Shown piece after piece: positions 44,880 through 54,484 of a stretch of DNA of 62,811 nt. The DNA comes from a virus (lineage: Duplodnaviria > Caudoviricetes). The notes below the pieces were generated by a model. It was not told the DNA's origin. It made no database searches and was given only the letters and a program-made list of their open reading frames with translations. The position numbers and the translations under genes were made by a program. The stretch's first letter is position 1, and the number at the start of each line of letters is the position of its first letter. The DNA is taken from the IMG/VR virus record IMGVR_UViG_3300038393_002510, positions 1 to 62,811 of that record; one strand, 5' to 3'.

Positions 44880-45388
44880 TCGTCGTTGTCGGCGTAGGCG
44901 AGCTGCGCCTCACGCTCGGCCTTGGCCGCGCGCTTCGCCTTCAGATCCTCGAGGAGGTCCGCGGTGCTCACCTTGAACTTGGCGATCGCCGAGTTGAGCG
45001 AGATCCCGGACGGGATGAACGGCGCGTCCAGGTCCTCGATCTCAGCCTCGGCCTGGAGCTTGAACAGGTAGGCGCCGAGGCTGTCGACCAGGTGCTTTTC
45101 GAGCTCCAGGAACTGCGTGACCTTGTTGCTCTCCAGCTCCAGGGCCTCGTAGTCGACTGTGTCCATCGGCGAGAGCTTCAGGATCAACGGCTGCCGGTTG
45201 CCGATCCGGGCGCCCGACAGGATCAGCTCCTCGTTGCCGCGCATCTTGATCGTCTTGAAGGGCGGCGAGCGGTCCGGGTAGACGGCCGTGAGGCTCATCG
45301 GGGCCGGCATCTGGATGATCCGGCCGTCGCAGGCGTCTACGATCGCCTTGAGCAGGTGGCCGTCTGTGGTCTCGGGTTCCTGGGTCAT
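44864..45388 (-). CDS. hypothetical protein ending in DEWGTW
   Basis: GGAG RBS; follows operator and promoter. Confidence 0.75.
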   Translation of the reverse strand: MTQEPETTDGHLLKAIVDACDGRIIQMPAPMSLTAVYPDRSPPFKTIKMRGNEELILSGARIGNRQPLILKLSPMDTVDYEALELESNKVTQFLELEKHLVDSLGAYLFKLQAEAEIEDLDAPFIPSGISLNSAIAKFKVSTADLLEDLKAKRAAKAEREAQLAYADNDEWGTW

Positions 45389-45413
45389 CTCCAGCCTGTG
45401 AGTAAGCGCTGAC

Positions 45414-45632
45414 TTATTGTGTATAGCGAACGAAGCTCGGTCTTTCGCACCGCTTGATGTCGGCCATCGTGTTCTGGAGCGTGCGATGATCGGACGGGGT
45501 CGCGGCCGAGATCACCACGGCGCCGGTCGCCGCGTAGAGCCACTTGAAGTGGCCCTTCTTGGTGCGCTCGACGACCCAGCCCTCCTTGCACTTCTTCCGC
45601 ACGAAGGCCTTCATGTCTCCCTTGAGGCTCAT
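45414..45632 (-). CDS. HicA-like small protein
   Basis: GWVVERTKKGHFKW...TPSD.R. Confidence 0.6.
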   Translation of the reverse strand: MSLKGDMKAFVRKKCKEGWVVERTKKGHFKWLYAATGAVVISAATPSDHRTLQNTMADIKRCERPSFVRYTQ

Positions 45633-45904
45633 GACACGCGCACCCCGAGCGCCTGGAGCTTGTGGGTGAGGTCGGCGATCTGCACCTCGAGGTGGCGCTC
45701 CAGAGCCTCGGCCATGTCGTTGAGGAAGCCGCCGCGCGGACCCTGGCTCATGACGATATCGCCGCCTTCGCCCTTGAACTTCAGCTCGGCGTATTTGAGG
45801 TTCCTGCGGTTCGCCCGCAGAGCTTCCAACTTGTCCCGCAAGGACTTGCGGTGCTTGGTGTGCTCCCGGATATCCTCGATCTGATTTTCTGTTAAGTCGA
45901 TCAC
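45629..45904 (-). CDS. hypothetical coiled-coil protein
   Basis: Coupled ORF. Confidence 0.65.
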   Translation of the reverse strand: MIDLTENQIEDIREHTKHRKSLRDKLEALRANRRNLKYAELKFKGEGGDIVMSQGPRGGFLNDMAEALERHLEVQIADLTHKLQALGVRVS

Positions 45905-47841
45905 GCGAAAATCTCCTCAATAGTGGACGCGCCGCGTCCGGTCTTGGTCACTTTCATCACCTGGGGAACCCAATCCTTCAGATCACTATGCGAGATGATG
46001 AAGACGGTCCCGCGCTCGCGGGCCTTCTCCTGAAGGATCATGGTGAGCCGCTCGATGCCGGCCGGATCGAGGGCGTTGTCGATCTCGTCGCCGACGAACA
46101 GCGGGATCGGCTTCGAGGCGCGCGAGGCCACGAGGTCCTGGAGCGCGAGCGCTGCCGCGATGCGGACCTTGCGCTGCTCGCCGCCGGAGATCGCCGCGAA
46201 CTTGGAGCCGCCGAGCGCGTGCTCGACCTCGATGGCGAACTTCTCCTTCAGCTCACCGGCCTTGTTGCGGGTGAGCGTCGACCAGGTGGCCCGGATGTTC
46301 CCGTCCGAGAGGGTGCCGAGATACTTCGCCGTCTGGGCGTTGAGGTAGGGCGTCACCTCGTCGAGCATCTCCGCGCGGGCGCCAGCCGGCGCGAACACCT
46401 TGCAGACCTCCTCGGCGATCTCGAACTCGGTCTGCGCCGCCTCCAGCGCGGCCTGGGCCGCCTTGAGCAGGTCCTCCTTCTCGACCACCGACGCCTCGTG
46501 GCGCGCCTTGACGGCCGCGTAGGGGTTCTCCTTGGCCTGGAGCGCCTTGATCCGGTCGGCCTCGCGCCGCGTCTCGGCGGCCCGGGCTTCGATCCGGTCG
46601 GACTCGCGATCGTATGCCGCCAGAGATGCGCGTAATTGAGCGCTGAGCGCGTTCGTCGCGCTCGCGTCAGTCATGCTCGCGCGATGCGCTTCCAACGCTG
46701 TGCGCGCGTCTGTGAGCTTCGCAGAAGCGCTCATGTGATCGCGCTTCACGTCGCGCAGCGTCAGCAGCTCAGCACGCAGATCGGCCGCGGCCTTCTCCTT
46801 GGCCGGCGCGATGTCGGCGGCGGTGTAGGGCTTGGCGCAGGTGCCGCACGGACAGCCGACCTGGTGATCCATGTCGTCGTGGGTCGCCTTGAGGCGGCGC
46901 GCCCGGGCGCTGATCGTCTCGATGGAGTGATGGTGCGCGTCCACGAGGCGCTGGGCCTGGGCGACCTCCTGCACCAGCCGGCGCTCCTCGGCCTGCTCGC
47001 CCGCGAGACCGTTGAGCCGCGCGAAGGCGTCGGCGAGCTGGGCGTCCAGGGCGTTCCGGTCGGTCTTGGCGAGTTCGGCACGGGCCGCCTTCACCTCGGC
47101 GACCATCGCGCGGACGTTCGCGGTGAGCTGGTCGACTTCGAGCTTCCGCCCGGTCTCCCACTCGCTCATGTCGAGCTTGGCGTCCTCGACCTGGTTGCGC
47201 GCGGCGTCGAGCCAGCTCTGGGCGTTGGCGACACCCTGGTTGGTCGCTGCCACGAGGGCCTTCGCCTCGTTGCACTGCTGGAGCGCGACCTTGTGGCCCT
47301 TCTCCAGGACCGTCGTGCCGGCGGCCTCCTCGACGATCACCTTGAGGTTCTTGTCGGTCATGCCGGGCAGGTCCGGCATCTGGTCCTGACCCGCGAGGAC
47401 GGCCGAGACGAACACCTCCCGGCTCGCGCCGAGGATCTCGTTCACGAGGGCCTGCGTGAGCTTGTCGGTGCCCTTGGTCAGGTCGTGGGTGTCGCCGGCG
47501 GCGTCGAGCAGCAGGACGCGCAGGGCGTTCTTGCCGGTCTTGTGCTTCCGATGCCGGGCGATGGTGTAGACCAGGTCGCCGTCCTGGATCCGCGCGGCGA
47601 CGCGCGTGCCCTTCTTCGCCACCCAGTTGATAACGTCGTCGCCGCTGATGCCGCGGCTCGTCTCGCCGAACAGGCACCAGAACAGCCCGTCGGCGAAGGA
47701 GCTCTTGCCGGCGCCGTTACTGTCGGCCGACGTGTCGCATTCGTTGACGCCCTGGACCAGCACGAGCCCGCGGTCAGACATGCCGACCTTGGCGCTCGCG
47801 ATGGTGAGGAAGTTCTCGATCTCGAGGTCGAGGATCTTCAC
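45901..47841 (-). CDS. SbcC/Rad50-like SMC ATPase (gp46-like)
   Basis: NGAGKSS, zinc hook CGTC, SGGEQRK, VGDE, ISH; GTG start at 47841. Confidence 0.92.
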   Translation of the reverse strand: MKILDLEIENFLTIASAKVGMSDRGLVLVQGVNECDTSADSNGAGKSSFADGLFWCLFGETSRGISGDDVINWVAKKGTRVAARIQDGDLVYTIARHRKHKTGKNALRVLLLDAAGDTHDLTKGTDKLTQALVNEILGASREVFVSAVLAGQDQMPDLPGMTDKNLKVIVEEAAGTTVLEKGHKVALQQCNEAKALVAATNQGVANAQSWLDAARNQVEDAKLDMSEWETGRKLEVDQLTANVRAMVAEVKAARAELAKTDRNALDAQLADAFARLNGLAGEQAEERRLVQEVAQAQRLVDAHHHSIETISARARRLKATHDDMDHQVGCPCGTCAKPYTAADIAPAKEKAAADLRAELLTLRDVKRDHMSASAKLTDARTALEAHRASMTDASATNALSAQLRASLAAYDRESDRIEARAAETRREADRIKALQAKENPYAAVKARHEASVVEKEDLLKAAQAALEAAQTEFEIAEEVCKVFAPAGARAEMLDEVTPYLNAQTAKYLGTLSDGNIRATWSTLTRNKAGELKEKFAIEVEHALGGSKFAAISGGEQRKVRIAAALALQDLVASRASKPIPLFVGDEIDNALDPAGIERLTMILQEKARERGTVFIISHSDLKDWVPQVMKVTKTGRGASTIEEIFA

Positions 47842-48008
47842 CGCTTGGTTTCCTTCTCGCAGGCGTCCTCCAGCTCCCACTCCGGGATCTGGTCGAGGAT
47901 GTCGCACATGGACGAGACCAGGCGCTCCTGGTCGGCGATCTGGTGCTGACGCTCAGCCGGGTCGGGCGACCAGCCCGGCCCGATGGTGCGGATGGTCTCG
48001 CCGATCAC
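47838..48008 (-). CDS. small hypothetical protein
   Basis: GTGA overlaps at both ends; 56 aa. Confidence 0.5.
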   Translation of the reverse strand: MIGETIRTIGPGWSPDPAERQHQIADQERLVSSMCDILDQIPEWELEDACEKETKR

Positions 48009-48373
48009 GCCGCCTGCTCCTTCTCGACCATGCGGTTGATGATGCCGGCGTAGGAGCCGGTGAATGCGGCATCGTCGTCCTCGGCGACCGCAGCGGCCGG
48101 GCCGGACAGGGCGGCCTTCGTGGTGCGCTTGCCGTCGCGCTTGACCTTGCCGGTCTTCAGAGCCTCGCGCTCGTAGCCGCTGCCGCCGCCGAACTCTTGC
48201 TCGACCGAGATGATTTGGTTGCCGAGCACCTTGCGGTAGTTCGCGACCGTCGATGCGGGCAGTCCGCCGATGGTCTCGGTGATCTCCGTCGTGACCTCAC
48301 GGATCGGCGCACCGTGCAAATAGTCAGTGGTGACTTGCTTCCGGACGTAGGTGATCTTGTAAAGTTGGCTCAC
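48005..48373 (-). CDS. hypothetical protein
   Basis: Normal codon usage; own GG/CC-poor leader. Confidence 0.65.
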   Translation of the reverse strand: MSQLYKITYVRKQVTTDYLHGAPIREVTTEITETIGGLPASTVANYRKVLGNQIISVEQEFGGGSGYEREALKTGKVKRDGKRTTKAALSGPAAAVAEDDDAAFTGSYAGIINRMVEKEQAA

Positions 48374-48437
48374 GTTGCGCTCGCTGTTGCTGATGACTGT
48401 GAGAGTGTAGCGAGCCGGTGTCGGCTCGCATGTGGCT

Positions 48438-49508
48438 TCACTCGGTAGCTGCGCGGACGGCGCTGATGATCGAGGCGGCCCGGGCCTTTACGGCGTCTTT
48501 GTGGGGTGAGCCCTGGCGCTCGACGTAGTCGGCGACCGACGCCTCGAGGCTCTTGGCCTTCACCGAGGCCGTGGTGCCGGTGCGGGCGCTCATGGTCTCG
48601 CGCTCGACGTTCATCACCACGCCCTTCGCCCCGAGCTTCACCAGCTCGTCGCGGAAGGCCGCTTCCTCGGCGTCGGTGAACTTGAGGCCGCGGACTCTCG
48701 CGTAGTTGCCGTCCACGATGTCGGCGATCAGATCCGGGTCAGTCTCGTCGGAGATCTCGACGAAGGACGGCGCGTGGCTCGCTCGGTAGACCACCTCGTT
48801 GTCGTGGACGATCAGGAAGCCGGCCCGGGTGCCGATGTCGCTGGCCGTCTGGTGCGTCGTGGCGCCGATCGACCACACCTTGCCATCCTCGAACGAGCAA
48901 TGGTGATGATAATGACCTGCGAACGTTCGCTTGAAGCCCAGGCTCGCGAGATAGGCCGGCGTCAGCCCATGCGCCGGCATACCCGATAGCACGCCGTCGA
49001 TGCCCGCGTGCATGATGAGGTCGGTCTGACCCAGGACGCCGCGGCGCACGGCCTCCTCGGCGAGCGCTTCGAGCACCGCCTTGAGGTCGTCGAGCTTCGG
49101 GATCCACGGCACCATCGCCAGCGGCAGGCTGTCGAGGAGCTTCGGCTGGGTGACGATGCCGAAGCCCTGCGTGCCCTTGAGCGACTGAAAGGCGTTTCCG
49201 AGCTCCGTGGTCTCATTCGACTTGAGGTCGTGGTTGCCCGGGATCGCGACGATCCGGTAGCCATCCCAGGTGAGGCCTTTGATGGTCTCGATCACCGGGT
49301 TGAACACCTCGGGGTCGATCGAGCCTCTCGTATGAAAAAGGTCGCCGGCGAAGGCGAGCGTGTCGCCGCCGGCAGCGCGCACCTCGGCCGCTGCCCGGTT
49401 GATCTCGTCCACGATGATCTGGAGCCGCGAGTTGCGGCCGCAGGGGAGGCGGGTCGAGAAGGCGCTCCACGCATGCGCGTGGATGTCGGAGAGGAGCCCG
49501 TAGGTCAT
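48438..49508 (-). CDS. SbcD/Mre11-like metallophosphoesterase nuclease (gp47-like)
   Basis: SDIH, AGDLFH, PGNHD, AGHYH. Confidence 0.92.
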   Translation of the reverse strand: MTYGLLSDIHAHAWSAFSTRLPCGRNSRLQIIVDEINRAAAEVRAAGGDTLAFAGDLFHTRGSIDPEVFNPVIETIKGLTWDGYRIVAIPGNHDLKSNETTELGNAFQSLKGTQGFGIVTQPKLLDSLPLAMVPWIPKLDDLKAVLEALAEEAVRRGVLGQTDLIMHAGIDGVLSGMPAHGLTPAYLASLGFKRTFAGHYHHHCSFEDGKVWSIGATTHQTASDIGTRAGFLIVHDNEVVYRASHAPSFVEISDETDPDLIADIVDGNYARVRGLKFTDAEEAAFRDELVKLGAKGVVMNVERETMSARTGTTASVKAKSLEASVADYVERQGSPHKDAVKARAASIISAVRAATE

Positions 49509-50407
49509 CAGGCCAGGTAGCCCGAGAGGTCGACGCCCTGCACCTTCGGGCCGACCTTGTTGTTGAGGTAGAGACCGCCCTTCCGGTAGCGCTCGAAGGT
49601 CGCGACCGTCTTATTCATCAGCTCCAGGGTGCGGCTGTTTCCGCTCTTGCCGCGCACCGTGCGGGTGATGAGGTCGTGGAGCGCCTGGACGCCGTCGCAG
49701 TGCGTGGACGTCTTCTGGCCGGCGTTCGCGTTATAGGCGCCCAGGAACTTGAGCGCGTCGGCCTTGTCCTTGCGCAGGATGATGACCGCGCCGGCGATTA
49801 CGCCGACCGGGAACAGCCGGGCGTTCGGGTCCAACTCGTCGAGGGCGACCAGCTCATCCCGGAAGGTCTCCAGGTTCCGGTAGATGTCGGCGACTTCCGG
49901 GCCGAGCAGGCGCGAGGCCATGCGCAGGGCGGCGGCGAACTTGTAGCGGCGCAGGTGGCTGCTCTTGAACTCCACCGCGGCCTGGCGAGCCGCGCCGGAC
50001 AGCTTGTCGGCCGTCGTCTCGACAGCGGAGGCGTTGTCGAAGTGGGTGTAGAGCTCCAGGAGGTCGGCGAAGGTGTCGACCATGTAGATGTGGGCGGCGA
50101 CGTTCTTGGGCGCCTTCAGCTCACCCTTGCCCCACAGGAACGCCCGGGTGTGGCCGTCGAGCTTATACTGCCGGCCCATGTAGCTCGCGACGTGGACGAC
50201 GGCGTGCGTCGGCGAGGGCTGCGCCAGGTGCTTCTTCTTCGCCATCTCGGCGTGCCGCGCGGTGTCGCGCTGCCGGGGATGATCCTCCAGCATCATGAAC
50301 TCGGCGATCGACATCGAGGTGTGCGTGCGCTTCACGCGGTCGACGAGGTCCGGATCCTTCGGGGCAGGGCGCGCGGCGACGGAGGCGGTGGCGATTGCGA
50401 CTTGCAT
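49508..50407 (-). CDS. hypothetical protein, possibly a divergent ParB/DGQHR-like domain
   Basis: HPRQR...LDGHTR...FDN. Confidence 0.6.
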   Translation of the reverse strand: MQVAIATASVAARPAPKDPDLVDRVKRTHTSMSIAEFMMLEDHPRQRDTARHAEMAKKKHLAQPSPTHAVVHVASYMGRQYKLDGHTRAFLWGKGELKAPKNVAAHIYMVDTFADLLELYTHFDNASAVETTADKLSGAARQAAVEFKSSHLRRYKFAAALRMASRLLGPEVADIYRNLETFRDELVALDELDPNARLFPVGVIAGAVIILRKDKADALKFLGAYNANAGQKTSTHCDGVQALHDLITRTVRGKSGNSRTLELMNKTVATFERYRKGGLYLNNKVGPKVQGVDLSGYLA

Positions 50408-50489
50408 GTCTCTCTCTGTGCGTGGTGTCAGTCAGTGCTGACTGACTCGTTATAGCGAGCGCGCGTCGGGTTTTGCGCGGGTTCGTGCG

Positions 50490-50912
50490 TCAGCGCTTCG
50501 GCATCTTGATGGCGGCGCGTCGATACGCGAACAGATGCCGCGGCAGGAAGCGCTGGAGCGCGCCGCCGCGGCCGGTGTAGTTCCGGTAGGGCGCCTTATC
50601 GCGGTCGAAGTAGTTCTCAAGGCGCGTGAGGTAGAGGTCGCCGGTCTCCTCCTCGCGCATGCCGACGAAGTCGATCTTGCGGGCGCGGAGCTTCAGCAGC
50701 GTGGCGTCGTCGATCGCCAAGGCCGCCTTCTTGAGGCGCACGGCGTCGGAGACGCAGGTCTCGCCGCCCCGGAACCACTCCTCCCGGAAGCGGTGCGCGA
50801 GGTAGACCTTCCGGCCATCGGGCACCTGGTAGATGTAGCCGTAGAGCCGGTTGCCGTTCTTGACGGCCTCAAGCCGCCTGGGATCGGGGGAAAGAGAGGA
50901 TCGTCGCTTCAC
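50490..50912 (-). CDS. hypothetical basic protein (start uncertain)
   Basis: Normal codon usage. Confidence 0.65.
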   Translation of the reverse strand: MKRRSSLSPDPRRLEAVKNGNRLYGYIYQVPDGRKVYLAHRFREEWFRGGETCVSDAVRLKKAALAIDDATLLKLRARKIDFVGMREEETGDLYLTRLENYFDRDKAPYRNYTGRGGALQRFLPRHLFAYRRAAIKMPKR

Positions 50913-51339
50913 GGAGAGTCCAAATGCCTTGCGCGCCCCGGACCGGCACTGGCTCGGCGAGTGGCTGGGGATCGCGGCAGCGCCAGGCGTAGCGGCCCGG
51001 CTTCCACCACCCGTAGGCCTGCTCCTCCTCCGTCACGTCCTCGATGTCCTCCTCGGTGATCTGATCGCACGAGTGCAGCAGCACGGTGCCGAGGAGGAAG
51101 CCGTTGGGCAGCTCCTCGATCTGACGCGGGAGGTTCGTCTCGAAGTAGTAGCGGGCGAAGACCGGGTCCTTCATCGCCTCGCGCTGCTCGTGCTTGATCG
51201 TCTTGGTCGACGCGATGCCGATCCGGGTGCCGATCAAGCTCTTGGGCGCGGGGAAACCCCTCGTCTCGATGAGCTTGTGTCCGTGCGCCAGGAGCGACGC
51301 ATACGGATTCCAGATGGAGATGACCTTTAACGCTGACAC
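50869..51339 (-). CDS. ASCH-domain protein
   Basis: ISIWNPYASLLAHGHKLIETR, GRYAW, RGAQGIW. Confidence 0.85.
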   Translation of the reverse strand: MSALKVISIWNPYASLLAHGHKLIETRGFPAPKSLIGTRIGIASTKTIKHEQREAMKDPVFARYYFETNLPRQIEELPNGFLLGTVLLHSCDQITEEDIEDVTEEEQAYGWWKPGRYAWRCRDPQPLAEPVPVRGAQGIWTLREATILSFPRSQAA

Positions 51340-51408
51340 GACCGGGGTTCCCTCTGCTTAGAGAGACATAGCCCGTTCTTGCCCGCGTTGCAGCATCGGT
51401 TAAGGGAT

Positions 51409-51440
51409 ACGGCGCCGAACCTGTCAGATCCGGCGCCGTG
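51409..51440 (-). terminator. hairpin downstream of recA
   Basis: ACGGCGCCG / CGGCGCCGT. Confidence 0.55.
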
Positions 51441-51447
51441 AGAGTGC

Positions 51448-52548
51448 TTAAGCGGCGATCGGGGCGGCGTCGGTCTCGCCGGTCAGGTCCTCCTCACCGA
51501 CCACCGGCGGCTCGTAGGCCTTGGGCAGCAGCGCGTGCAGCTCGTTGAGGGCGTTCCCCGCCTCGATCTTGCGGGCGAGCTGCTCCTTGGCGATCTGCTT
51601 GCCGTCCCAGACCACGAAGCCCGGCCGACCCTCGGGCAGCAGCTTCTCCTTGACCAGGAACTCGATCAGGGACCGCTCGACGTCGAACTTGCCGAAGCCG
51701 TCGGGCTGGAAGATGAAGCGCCAGGAGGCGCGCAGGAACGGCCGGGCGACCTTGTTCTTGGCGACTACGCCCGAGACCTCGACACCCAGGACCTCGGCGT
51801 CCTCGCCCTTGCCCTTCTGGATCTTCGACGCCGCCCCGAGCATGAGCTTCTGGGTGTCGTAGAAGTAGGGCGCCTCGCCGCCCGGGGTCTTGCGCGGGTC
51901 GCCATACATGACGCCGATCTTCATGCGGATCTGGTTCGTGAAGATCGCCGAGATCCCCAGCTCCTCGATGTAGAGGTTGAAGGCCGGGAGGTGAGCCGAC
52001 GTGGCGCGGGCGAGCGCCGTGTTGTCGTTCATGTTCCGGTCCGTCATGTCCTTGTCCTTGCCCGTCTTCATGTCGATCAGGGCGGACTGCGGGACCATCG
52101 AGGCGAGGCTGTCGAACACGAAGCAGATGGGCGCCTCCTTGGCGATCAGCTTCTTGGTGCGGATCAGCTCACCCGCGCGGACGGCCAGCGTGAGGCTGTC
52201 CTCGAAGGTGCGCGGCTTCTTGTAGAGGAAGCGGCCGGGCGTGGTGTCGAGACCGATGCGCTGCGCCAGAGCGCCCGAGAACGAGCGCTCGTGGTCGAAG
52301 AAGCCGGCGATGCCGCCCTGCCGCTGGGCGTCGATCATGGCGCGCGTGGCGATCGCCGTCTTGCCCGAGGTCGAGGGGCCGGCGATCTCGACCTGGCGCC
52401 CGACCGCGATGCCGCCGTCCCAGCGCGAGGACAGGGCGTAGTTGAGCGGCGCGTAGCCGGTGTCGAGGAAGTTCTTGACGGTCGCCTCGTCGTCGTTGCC
52501 GCCGATCAGGCTGTCGAGGGCCTTCGCGATGTCTGCTGCCGATGCCAT
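51448..52548 (-). CDS. recA: RecA/UvsX-like recombinase
   Basis: GPSTSGKT, DHE, FDSLASM, NQIRMKIGVMYGDP..TPGG, KNKVARPF. Confidence 0.93.
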   Translation of the reverse strand: MASAADIAKALDSLIGGNDDEATVKNFLDTGYAPLNYALSSRWDGGIAVGRQVEIAGPSTSGKTAIATRAMIDAQRQGGIAGFFDHERSFSGALAQRIGLDTTPGRFLYKKPRTFEDSLTLAVRAGELIRTKKLIAKEAPICFVFDSLASMVPQSALIDMKTGKDKDMTDRNMNDNTALARATSAHLPAFNLYIEELGISAIFTNQIRMKIGVMYGDPRKTPGGEAPYFYDTQKLMLGAASKIQKGKGEDAEVLGVEVSGVVAKNKVARPFLRASWRFIFQPDGFGKFDVERSLIEFLVKEKLLPEGRPGFVVWDGKQIAKEQLARKIEAGNALNELHALLPKAYEPPVVGEEDLTGETDAAPIAA

Positions 52549-52555
52549 GTGTGCT

Positions 52556-53035
52556 TCACTCCGTCTCGATGTCAGGGTCGGTCTCGTCTTCGTCGAGGAA
52601 CGCGGGCTCCTCGTCGTCCGTCGGGGCGGGTAGGCCCCGGTCGTCTCCGGGCACCCGCGAGCGGGCGGCGTCCCGGGCGTCCTTGCAGAAGCGGCCGCCG
52701 AGCTCCTGGACGCTCGGGGTCCGCGGGCCGGCAGGCGCCGGGCTCACGGTGATCGTCGCGCCGGGGATCAGCCGCGCCGGGGCCGTGGCGACCTGCATGG
52801 CCGGGATCGCCGGCAGCTCCCGGTCGAGCGAGAAGCCTGACAGACTGGTGCTCGTGAGCGCGGCGAACGCGCGGGTCTGCGCGGCGCTGGCCGTCAGGGC
52901 GAGGTAGCCGAAGGCCTTCTGGACCTCCTCGGGCTTCAGGTTCTTGCCCTCGCTCTCGACGGTCTTCACCAGCCGGGCGATCGCCTGCGCGGCGCGCTCG
53001 ACGGCGACCTCGATCTTCTGCTGCGCGGTGCTCAT
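52556..53035 (-). CDS. hypothetical protein
   Basis: Coupled ORF with GAGG RBS. Confidence 0.7.
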   Translation of the reverse strand: MSTAQQKIEVAVERAAQAIARLVKTVESEGKNLKPEEVQKAFGYLALTASAAQTRAFAALTSTSLSGFSLDRELPAIPAMQVATAPARLIPGATITVSPAPAGPRTPSVQELGGRFCKDARDAARSRVPGDDRGLPAPTDDEEPAFLDEDETDPDIETE

Positions 53036-54063
53036 GCGGTCTTCCTCGTGTCAGTGCTGACTGAACTCAGCGCGGCGAACGGTTCGAGCCAGCCGTCCAC
53101 GTCGCTGAGGATCTGGTTGAACAGGAGCGCCTCGCACTGCTCGCGCACGGCGTCCGGGTTGAACTCGGGCTTGTGAACCTTGGGCCGCACCGGGGCCGGG
53201 ATGTCGTGGTGCATCAGGTCCATAATCCGCAGGTTGCGGTAGAAGATCTCCCGCTTCTCCTTTTCGGAGCAGAAGTCGGCGAGCTTCTTGGGCACCTTGA
53301 CCTGGTGGATCTCGACCGCCTCGAAGAAGCCGCGCACGGTGCCGAACTGGCGCACCAGGTCGAACGCGCCCTTCTCGCCGATGCCGCCCACGCCCGGGAT
53401 CTCGTCGGACAGGTCGCCCATGAGCGCCTTGACTTCGAGGTAGGCGGCCGGGCTCGGGCAGCCGCGCCAGCCCAGATCCTCGACGAGCTTGGTGCCGTCG
53501 GCCTGGATCGTGGTCTTCTGCTTCATGTAGCCCACCATCTCCGAGAAGTTGGTGTGCGTGATCCGCTTCTTGCGGATCGGGCAGTGCCAGGCGACGCCGG
53601 GCCGGACGAGCTGGAGCCAGTCCTTGTCGCCGGAGATCATCAGGATCTTGGCGCCCTTCTCCAGGTCGGGCGCGTAGCGCTTGACCAGCATGCCGGCGAG
53701 GTCGTCGGCCTCGAGGTTCGCCGCGATGAGCTGGGGCACGCCGCAGGCCTTCATGAACCGCGAGACCAGCGGGCGCTGCGAGCGCCACGAGGCGCGGATG
53801 GCGAGCTGCTTCTCGTCGTTCTTGGTCTGGGCCTTGGCGTCGCGCGAGCCCTTGTAGCCCTCGATCTCCTTCTTCCTCCAGCTATCACCGTCCCACAAAA
53901 TCATGGGCCTCAACTGGGGATAGGTGGCGACCATCATGCGGATCGAGCGGACGACGCCGAGCACGCCCTGGGTCTGCTGCTCGCCGACGGTGAGAGGCTT
54001 CGTGCTGGTCGCCGCGAAACCCAGGTTATTCACGTCGATGAGGAGGTGGCCGCGGTGCTTCAT
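53032..54063 (-). CDS. 5'-3' exonuclease / T4 RNase H-like flap endonuclease
   Basis: LIDVNN, WDG, YKG.R, EADD, SGDKDWLQL, GD.SD.IPGVGGIGEK. Confidence 0.93.
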   Translation of the reverse strand: MKHRGHLLIDVNNLGFAATSTKPLTVGEQQTQGVLGVVRSIRMMVATYPQLRPMILWDGDSWRKKEIEGYKGSRDAKAQTKNDEKQLAIRASWRSQRPLVSRFMKACGVPQLIAANLEADDLAGMLVKRYAPDLEKGAKILMISGDKDWLQLVRPGVAWHCPIRKKRITHTNFSEMVGYMKQKTTIQADGTKLVEDLGWRGCPSPAAYLEVKALMGDLSDEIPGVGGIGEKGAFDLVRQFGTVRGFFEAVEIHQVKVPKKLADFCSEKEKREIFYRNLRIMDLMHHDIPAPVRPKVHKPEFNPDAVREQCEALLFNQILSDVDGWLEPFAALSSVSTDTRKTA

Positions 54064-54395
54064 GCCGGCAGCTCCCACAGGAGTTCGGCCTTGACGACGT
54101 TGAGGTCGAAATCGTCCTCGTCGCCGAGCGGGTTCATCTCGATCCGGTAGACGCTCGGGCCGGCGGTCTCCGGCACCCATTCGAGATCGTCGCCGTTGTC
54201 GGACGTCAGGCCGCCGTTGATGAAGATGTCCTTGGTGCGGCAGTCGTCGGACTGCTTGAGCACATGCGCCTCGCAGTCGCCGCGCTCACCGAAGAAGCTG
54301 ATGGCGACGATGGCCCAGAAGTCCTCGCCGGGCTCGCCTTCGAGCTCAGCCTGCTCCTTGGTGTGGACGTGCGGCGGTGTGGTGAGAAATGACAT
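54060..54395 (-). CDS. acidic hypothetical protein
   Basis: ATGA overlap. Confidence 0.65.
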   Translation of the reverse strand: MSFLTTPPHVHTKEQAELEGEPGEDFWAIVAISFFGERGDCEAHVLKQSDDCRTKDIFINGGLTSDNGDDLEWVPETAGPSVYRIEMNPLGDEDDFDLNVVKAELLWELPA

Positions 54396-54415
54396 GGGAG
54401 CCTCGCTGACAGGGG

Positions 54416-54476
54416 AAAGGGCGCCAGCCCGTGAGACTGGCGCCCTGTGAGAGGGAAGGGCGCGTGCGCCCTCCCT
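54416..54476 (-). terminator. tandem hairpins downstream of the SSB gene
   Basis: AGGGCGCCAG/CTGGCGCCCT and AGGGCGC/GCGCCCT. Confidence 0.6.
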
Positions 54477-54484
54477 AGCGAGGC

